Shown in pieces: positions 57,827 through 64,000 of a DNA stretch of 64,000 nt (its first letter is position 1; each line of letters starts with the position of its first letter). The translations under genes were made by a program, and so were the position numbers. A model generated the notes under the pieces. It saw only the letters and a program-made list of their open reading frames with translations, did not search any database and was not told where the DNA came from. Origin of the DNA: an uncultured Chloroflexia bacterium (GTDB lineage: Bacteria > Chloroflexota > Dehalococcoidia > UBA2979); contig CAVSIV010000001.1 in assembly GCA_963728205.1 (NCBI GenBank), forward strand, positions 160,001 to 224,000, given 5' to 3'.

Positions 57827-59599
57827 CTACCCGGATCGCGGCCCCTCGCCGCCGCCGGCCGCGTCCGCGTCGCCGCCCGCCTCGTCGTCCGCGCGCTCCT
57901 CCGCCTCCTCGGCGCCCGTCTGCGCCGCCGCCTCGATCGCGCGCTCGTCGCGCGCGGCGGCCGAGCCGCCCCCGGCGCCGTCCTCGCCGTCCTCGCCGCG
58001 GCCGTCGTCCGGCGGCTGCGCGCCGACGACGCGCAGCAGCGAGCTCGCGTCGTGCACACCGTCGAGCTCGGACGAGTAGCGCTCGACGAGGTCGGACGGC
58101 AGCAGCCCCCGCCGCGCCGCGTCCGCCAGCGCGGCCTTCTCCGCCGACGCGATCTGCCGCACCGCACGGGTCTCGCGCACCGGCCAGCCGTGCTCGGCCT
58201 GTCGCGCCAGCTCGGTCATCTCGTGCCGCGCGTCCTCCTGCGCGGCCTCGAGCCGCTGATGAAGGTCGTCGTACGCGGGACCGACGATCTCGCCGTCGAG
58301 CGACAGCGCCTCTAGCCGCCGAAGTGCCGCCCGCAGCGCCAGCGAGCGCGCCATCTGGTTCTCGTACTTCTCGAGCCCGGCGTCGTGTGTCACCAGCCCC
58401 AGCCGCCGCAGCAGCGGGCCGTACGTCAGGCCCTGCACGACGAGCGAGAAGAACACGACCGCGAACACCACGGCGATCGCGTCGACGTCGCCGACGCGCG
58501 CGCCCACCTCGCCGAGGCCCAGCACCAGCGCGATCGGGATGCTGCCGCGCAGCCCGCCCCAGAACAGCGCGTGCATCCACGTGAGCGGTACCGCCAGCGC
58601 GCCGCGCAGCGAGCGGACGCCGCCGACCAGCCCGTACGCGATGATCGCCCGCGCCGCGAACATCGCGCCCAGCGCGGCGACCGTGGTCACGGCCGTGTCC
58701 ACGTGCTTCAGCTGCGAGATGTGGAACTGCAGGCCGATCAGCAGGAACAGCGCCGAGTTCGCGAGGAACGCGATGATCTCCCAGAACTGCAGCAGCGCGA
58801 TCCGCGACGAGGCCGACATCGCGACGTTCGTCCTGTAGCTGCCGAGGAAGAGCCCGGCCGCGACCGTCGCGATCACGCCCGACCCGCCGAGCCGCGACGC
58901 CAGGAGGTACGACCCGAACGCGAGCACCACCGAGAGCGCCGACTCGATCAGGTGGTCGTCGACCGTCGCCATCAGCCGGTAGACGACGAAGCCGGCCACC
59001 ACGCCGGCCGTCGCGCCGATCGCGACCTCGCGCACGAACTCGTAGACCGCGCCGGTGACGCCGACCGCGTGCCCGCTGCCGGGGAACGCGATGTCGACGG
59101 CGATGGTGAAGAGCACGATGCCCACCGCGTCGTTGAAGATCGACTCGCCCTCGAGCAGCGTGCGCAGCCCGTGCGGCGCCCCGTGCTCCTTGAAGATCGC
59201 GAGCACGCTCACGGGGTCCGTGGGCGAGAGGATGACGGCGAGCAGGAAGGCGTCCTGCAGGTTCAGGGGCGTCGCGAGGCGCAGGACGCCCGTGATCACC
59301 GCGGCGGTGATCAGCGTGCCGAGCACGGCGAGCACGCCGACCTGCCGCCAGCGCAGCCGCAGCTCGGTGAGGTCCATGTTCGCCGCGCCGTCGAAGAGCA
59401 GCGGGGGCAGAAACAGCAGCAGGATAATGTTGCGGCTGAGCGAGAGGTGCAGCAGGTTGCCGAACCCGATCAGCAGCCCGACCACCACCAGCGCGACCGT
59501 GTAGGGGAGCCGCAGATACGTTGCGGCGATGGCCACGAGGACGGCGACCATCAGCAGGATGGTGATGTTGAACTCGGTCAGCTCCAGCGTCGCCGGCAT
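57827..59599 (-). CDS. CPA1-family Na+/H+ antiporter
   Basis: FLPPLLF, SPTDPV, EGESIFND, WGGLRG. Confidence 0.93.
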   Translation of the reverse strand: MPATLELTEFNITILLMVAVLVAIAATYLRLPYTVALVVVGLLIGFGNLLHLSLSRNIILLLFLPPLLFDGAANMDLTELRLRWRQVGVLAVLGTLITAAVITGVLRLATPLNLQDAFLLAVILSPTDPVSVLAIFKEHGAPHGLRTLLEGESIFNDAVGIVLFTIAVDIAFPGSGHAVGVTGAVYEFVREVAIGATAGVVAGFVVYRLMATVDDHLIESALSVVLAFGSYLLASRLGGSGVIATVAAGLFLGSYRTNVAMSASSRIALLQFWEIIAFLANSALFLLIGLQFHISQLKHVDTAVTTVAALGAMFAARAIIAYGLVGGVRSLRGALAVPLTWMHALFWGGLRGSIPIALVLGLGEVGARVGDVDAIAVVFAVVFFSLVVQGLTYGPLLRRLGLVTHDAGLEKYENQMARSLALRAALRRLEALSLDGEIVGPAYDDLHQRLEAAQEDARHEMTELARQAEHGWPVRETRAVRQIASAEKAALADAARRGLLPSDLVERYSSELDGVHDASSLLRVVGAQPPDDGRGEDGEDGAGGGSAAARDERAIEAAAQTGAEEAEERADDEAGGDADAAGGGEGPRSG

Positions 59600-59731
59600 G
59601 TCGCGAGGGTAGCCGACGCTCGCGCGCGTCTGGCCTGACGGCGAGCGCGGGACATACGCCGCGTGCGCTGCGCTCGCCGCGCCTACACTGCTCGCAGGCC
59701 CCCGCCGCACCGCCCGCATTGCGAGGCACGC

Positions 59732-62137
59732 ATGAGCGACGACCCGCCCGCCGGCCCCGGCCTGGCGCCGGGGTGGCCCGGCATCGAGCCGCGCTGGACC
59801 TCCGCCGCCAAGAGCGGGGTCGGCACGGCCGCCAACGGCGACAGCCGCATCTGGTTCACGCTCTCCCACGGCATCGTCGACGAGGTCTACTACCCGCGCA
59901 TCGACATGGCGTCGACGCGCGACTTCGGCCTCATGGTCGCCGCCGACGGCTTCTTCTCCGAGGAGAAGCGCGACGCCGTGCCGGAGGTCGCGCTCGTCGC
60001 GCCGGCCGTGCCCGCGTACCGCCTCACCAACACCTGCCGGCAGGGCCGCTACCGCATCCACAAGACCGTCGTCGCCGACCCCCGTCGCGACGTCCTGCTC
60101 CAGCGCGTGCGCTTCGAGCCGCTGCGCGGTGCGCTCGGCGACTACCGCGTCTTCGCGCTGCTCGCCCCCCACATCCGCAACCACGGCGCCGGCAACACGG
60201 GCTGGCTGGGTGACTACAAGGGCGTGCCGATGCTCTTCGCGGAGCGCGACGGCACAGCGCTGGCGCTCGTCGCCTCCGTGCCGTTCGCGGCGACCAGCGT
60301 CGGCTACGCCGGCTTCAGCGACGGCTGGCAGGACGTCTCGCGCGACGGCGAGCTGCGCCGGCACTACCCGCGCGCCGCGAACGGCAACATCGCGCTCACC
60401 GCGCAGCTCGACCTCGCGCGCGCCGGCGGCGAGTGCACGCTCGCGCTCGGCTTCGGCAGCACGCCCGAGGAGGCGGCGGAGGCCGCGCGCGCCTCGCTCA
60501 ATGACGACTTCGACGCCGTGCTCGGTGACTACGTCGCCGGCTGGCGCGCCTTCCACGCGTCGTGCACGCCGCTCCCGCCCGTCGTGCGGGACGGCATCGA
60601 CCTCGCGGCGCTGAGCACGACCGTCCTCCAGGTGCACGCCGCGAAGCACCCGGCCGGTGCGCTCGTCGCGAGCCTCTCCATCCCGTGGGGCTTCAGCAAG
60701 GGCGACGACGACCTCGGCGGGTACCACCTCGCGTGGCCGCGCGACCTCGCGGAGTCGGCCATGGCGTTCCTCGCCGCGGGTCACGCCGAGGCGGCGCGGC
60801 GGTCGCTCGTCTACCTGCTCTCGGTCCAGGAGGCCGACGGCCACTGGGCGCAGAACATGTGGCTCGACGGCACGCCGTACTGGCCGGGCGTGCAGATGGA
60901 CGAGACCGCGTTCCCGATCCTGCTCGCCGACGCGCTCCGCCGGGCGGACGCGCTCGACGGCCTCGATCCGTGGCCGGCAGTCCGCGCTGCGGCCGGCTTC
61001 CTCGTGCGCAACGGGCCGGTCACACAGGAAGACCGCTGGGAGGAGGACGGCGGCTACTCGCCGTTCACGCTCGCCGTCGAGATCGCCGCGCTGCTCGCCG
61101 CGGCGGAGTTCGCCGACGCCGCCGGCGCGTCCGCCGAGGCCGGCTTCCTCCGCGACACGGCGGACACCTGGAACGCGATGGTCGAGCGCTGGACGTACGT
61201 CACGGACACGGAGCTCGCCCGGCGCGTCGGCGTCGACGGCTACTACGTGCGCATCGCGCCGCCGGAGGTAGCCGACGCGCCTTCGCCCGCGGGCGGATTC
61301 GTGCCGATCAAGAACCGGCCGCCCGGCATGGCGGACTACCCCGCCGCCGAGATCGTGAGCCCGGACGCGCTCGCCCTCGTCCGCTTCGGCCTGCGCGCGC
61401 CCGACGACCCGCGCATCGTCGCCACCGTGCGCGTGATCGACGCGCTGCTGCGCGTCGAGCTGGCGACCGGGCCGGCGTGGCACCGCTACAACGAGGACGG
61501 CTACGGCGAGCACCCCGACGGCTCACCCTTCGACGGCTCCGGCGTCGGCCGCGCCTGGCCGCTGCTCACCGGCGAGCGCGCGCACTACGAGCTCGCACTG
61601 GGGAACCGCGCGGAGGCCGAGCGGCTGCTCGCGGTGATGGCGGCGCAGTCGGGTCCCGGGGGCCTGCTCCCCGAGCAGATCTGGGACGCGGCGGACATTC
61701 CCGAGCGGGAGCTGGTCAACGGCCGGCCGTCGGGCTCGGCGATGCCCCTCGTCTGGGCGCACGCCGAGCTGCTGAAGCTCGCGCGCTCGCTGCGGGACGG
61801 CGCGGTGTTCGACACGCCGCCGCAGCCGTACGACCGCTACGTTCGCCACCGCCTCGGCGCGCCGTGCATGACGTGGCGCTTCAACCAGAAGGCGCGCGCA
61901 GTCCCGGCGGACCTGCCCCTGCGCATCGAGGCGCTCGCACCGGCGAGCGTGCACTGGAGCGCCGACGGCTGGGCCACGACGCAGGACATCGCAACGACGG
62001 ACACCGGACTCGGCGTCCACATCGCCGATCTGCCAACGCGCGGTCTCCCCGCCGGCACCCGCGTGACGTTCACGTTCTTCTGGCCGGACGCGAACCGCTG
62101 GGAAGGCGTGGATTTCGATGTCACGCTGACCGCTTAG
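59732..62137 (+). CDS. Glucoamylase / glucodextranase-like, GH15
   Basis: ASLSIPWG, GGYHLAWPRD, QMDET, QEDRWEE, LPEQIWD, SAMPLVWAH. Confidence 0.92.
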   Translation: MSDDPPAGPGLAPGWPGIEPRWTSAAKSGVGTAANGDSRIWFTLSHGIVDEVYYPRIDMASTRDFGLMVAADGFFSEEKRDAVPEVALVAPAVPAYRLTNTCRQGRYRIHKTVVADPRRDVLLQRVRFEPLRGALGDYRVFALLAPHIRNHGAGNTGWLGDYKGVPMLFAERDGTALALVASVPFAATSVGYAGFSDGWQDVSRDGELRRHYPRAANGNIALTAQLDLARAGGECTLALGFGSTPEEAAEAARASLNDDFDAVLGDYVAGWRAFHASCTPLPPVVRDGIDLAALSTTVLQVHAAKHPAGALVASLSIPWGFSKGDDDLGGYHLAWPRDLAESAMAFLAAGHAEAARRSLVYLLSVQEADGHWAQNMWLDGTPYWPGVQMDETAFPILLADALRRADALDGLDPWPAVRAAAGFLVRNGPVTQEDRWEEDGGYSPFTLAVEIAALLAAAEFADAAGASAEAGFLRDTADTWNAMVERWTYVTDTELARRVGVDGYYVRIAPPEVADAPSPAGGFVPIKNRPPGMADYPAAEIVSPDALALVRFGLRAPDDPRIVATVRVIDALLRVELATGPAWHRYNEDGYGEHPDGSPFDGSGVGRAWPLLTGERAHYELALGNRAEAERLLAVMAAQSGPGGLLPEQIWDAADIPERELVNGRPSGSAMPLVWAHAELLKLARSLRDGAVFDTPPQPYDRYVRHRLGAPCMTWRFNQKARAVPADLPLRIEALAPASVHWSADGWATTQDIATTDTGLGVHIADLPTRGLPAGTRVTFTFFWPDANRWEGVDFDVTLTA

Positions 62138-63594
62138 TGACCGATCCCCGTGGGATCCACGATCGGCCGCCACACGTGGCCGTGCTCCAGCAGCCGGTAC
62201 TGCGAATTCGGTCCGCGGCTCCCCGCGACGTACTCCTCGGGTTGCCCCTTCTCCCACGCCTCGAGCACCGGCTCGAGGATGCGCCACGCCTCCTCCACCT
62301 CGTCGAAGCGCAGGAACGGCGTGTGGTCGCCCTCGATCACGTCGAGAATCAGCTGCTCATACGCGCTCGAGTCGTGCTCCTCGCGCGAGTACTCGGTGTG
62401 CAGGATCACGTCGTGCGTCTCCAGGTCGAGACCCGGCACCTTCGCCTGCGCGACCAGGTCGATCGACTCGTGCGGCTGCAGTCGAAAGACCAGCCAGTTC
62501 GGGTCGACCTGCTCGATGGGCGTGCGCTGGAACAGCTTCGTCGGCGGCTCCTTGAACTGGATCGCGATCTCGCTGACGTCGGCCGCGAGCCGCTTCCCCG
62601 AGCGCAGGTAGAACGGCACGCCCGACCAGCGCCAGTTGTCGATGTGGAACTTCAGCGCCGCGAACGTCTCGGTGCGCGAGTCCTCGGCGATGCCCGGCTC
62701 GTCGCGATACCCCGGCACGCGCTCGCCGTTCGATTCGCCGCCGGTGTACACGCCGCGCGCCGCGTGCTCGATCAGGTCGTCGAACCGCAGCGGGCGCACG
62801 CTCTTCAGCACCTCGACCTTGTGGCCGCGCAGCACATCCGCGTCCCACACCGACGGCGGCTCGATCGCCGTCAGCGTGAACAGCTGCATCAGGTGGTTCT
62901 GCAGCATGTCGCGCAGGCAGCCGATGCCGTCGTAGTAGCGGTAGCGCCCCTCGAGCCCGAGCGTCTCCGCGACCGTGATCTGCACCTGCTCGACGTGGTG
63001 GCAGTTCAGCACCGGCTCGAGGAAGCGGTTCGAGAAGCGGAAGACGAGCAGGTTCTGCACCGTCTCCTTCCCGAGGAAGTGGTCGATGCGAAAGATCTGC
63101 TCCTCGCGCCAGTGCTCGTGCAGCTGACTGTTCAACTCGCCGGCCGATGCAACGTCATGCCCGAACGGCTTCTCGATCACGAGCCGTCGGAAGCCGTCGC
63201 CGTCCTCCTGCAGGCCGCCCTTCGCGAGCGCGGTCGCCGCCTGCGCGAACAGCCCCGGCGGCAGCGCGAGGTAGAACAGCGCCGGCCCGGTCACGACGTC
63301 GGCCAGCCGCTTCACGTCCTTCAGGGTGAGCGCGCCCGACATGTAGCGGAGGCGCGACGCGAGCGACTTCCATGCGCCCTCGCGGACCTTCGTCGCCTGT
63401 GCCTCGATGCCTTCGCGAATGTGCGACCGGAACTTCTGGTCGCTCCAATCCTCGAGCGCATAGCCGATGATGGGGCCGTCCGGGAGCTTCCCGAGGACCT
63501 CGAGCGCGTACAGCGCGGGGAACAGCAGGCGCTGGGCCATGTCGCCCGACGCCCCCAGGACGACGATCGTTGGTGAAGGTGCTTCGTCTGTCAT
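62134..63594 (-). CDS. zwf: Glucose-6-phosphate 1-dehydrogenase
   Basis: GASGD, EKPFG, RIDHFLGKE, RDMLQNH, PFYLRSGK. Confidence 0.96.
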   Translation of the reverse strand: MTDEAPSPTIVVLGASGDMAQRLLFPALYALEVLGKLPDGPIIGYALEDWSDQKFRSHIREGIEAQATKVREGAWKSLASRLRYMSGALTLKDVKRLADVVTGPALFYLALPPGLFAQAATALAKGGLQEDGDGFRRLVIEKPFGHDVASAGELNSQLHEHWREEQIFRIDHFLGKETVQNLLVFRFSNRFLEPVLNCHHVEQVQITVAETLGLEGRYRYYDGIGCLRDMLQNHLMQLFTLTAIEPPSVWDADVLRGHKVEVLKSVRPLRFDDLIEHAARGVYTGGESNGERVPGYRDEPGIAEDSRTETFAALKFHIDNWRWSGVPFYLRSGKRLAADVSEIAIQFKEPPTKLFQRTPIEQVDPNWLVFRLQPHESIDLVAQAKVPGLDLETHDVILHTEYSREEHDSSAYEQLILDVIEGDHTPFLRFDEVEEAWRILEPVLEAWEKGQPEEYVAGSRGPNSQYRLLEHGHVWRPIVDPTGIGH

Positions 63595-63638
63595 GGGACT
63601 TACGGTACCGCCGCGCCCCAAGGCCGCTCCCCCGTCCC

Positions 63639-63764
63639 GGCGCGCGGCGGGCATCAGGCCCGCCGTGTGCCCCGGCCACCTCGCTAAGCGGCGGCGGACA
63701 CGCCGCCGACGGGTTCACGGCCTCACGGGCTGCGTTGGCATCGGCGGCGTGTCTGTCGCCGCTT
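63639..63764. repeat. Family B unit (63639-63668) plus family A inverted pair (63686-63710, 63741-63764)
   Basis: Motif matches to other copies. Confidence 0.82.
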
Positions 63765-63791
63765 GCGGCGGACGATGTTCGCCCGCGCCCC

Positions 63792-64000
63792 CTACGAGTG
63801 CGCCGCGTCCACCAGGTGGCTGCTGTACACCGTCGCCTTGACGATCGTGGTGTCGGGCCGCTGCCCGAGCTCTCGCTCCATGTACGACCCGTTGCGGTTG
63901 TGGAGGAACCACTGCCACCAGTGGTCCGGCTGGTACTCCGCGATCACGATCGTCACGCCCGTGCCCTCGCCCGCGTCGCGCGCCACCGTGTCGACGTACG
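63792..64000 (-). CDS. C-terminus of probable APC-family amino acid permease (partial)
   Basis: TIVIAEY...HWWQWFLHN resembles the cytoplasmic tail of KimA/YdaO-like APC permeases. Confidence 0.55.
   Translation of the reverse strand, partial: YVDTVARDAGEGTGVTIVIAEYQPDHWWQWFLHNRNGSYMERELGQRPDTTIVKATVYSSHLVDAAHS

Noticed and set aside
55308-59729. 1473-aa giant MprF fusion ORF
   Set aside because: The N-terminal part is an off-frame shadow of the antiporter gene; recognisable MprF sequence starts near 57041.
57827-61513. 1228-aa antiporter ORF
   Set aside because: The upstream part is antisense to the GH15 gene; the real start is near 59599.
1-64000. Prophage, IS transposase, integrase, tRNA or rRNA
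   Set aside because: No recognisable motifs by eye; short RNAs cannot be fully excluded without covariance-model searches.

Overview
GC-rich (roughly 70-75% by eye) bacterial chromosomal segment. Gene content (DinB, MFS and Rieske styles, GAAC-N4-GTTC LexA boxes) suggests Chloroflexota/Dehalococcoidia or a related monoderm lineage; this is inference. Scattered single-base frameshifts, densest in pstS/pstC, suggest an unpolished long-read assembly. In order: ABC-2 transporter, nadE, a cDPGS/ArcE-like P-loop enzyme, a CoA-transferase, an ars cluster, a phosphate/polyphosphate island (pstSCAB, second pstB, ppx, two thymidylate-kinase-like genes, sixA, CYTH-CHAD), mgtC, a CarH-type B12 photoreceptor facing a Zn-ribbon microprotein and a truncated desaturase, MFS, HtrA, Rieske, MarP, Fur plus Ni-type ECF transporter, a disrupted PhoB-like regulator, Cu chaperones plus znuABC, an L,D-transpeptidase-like gene, SOS-boxed mrfAB, a CutRS-like pair, gcvT-H-PA-PB headed by a probable selenocysteine OsmC, split MprF, Na+/H+ antiporter, GH15 glucoamylase and zwf. 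No rRNA, tRNA, CRISPR array, integrase or transposase was seen. Most notable: (1) an in-frame UGA at the OsmC catalytic Cys position with a SECIS-like hairpin, directly upstream of the glycine cleavage genes; (2) an intact plus degenerate TMK-like pair in a polyP cluster, a candidate bacterial PPK3-type kinase; (3) Pho-box-like repeats linking pst to a His-less PEP-swivel domain gene and a broken response regulator; (4) several interleaved REP/MITE-like palindrome families with covarying stems, nesting and a perfect 62-bp palindrome.
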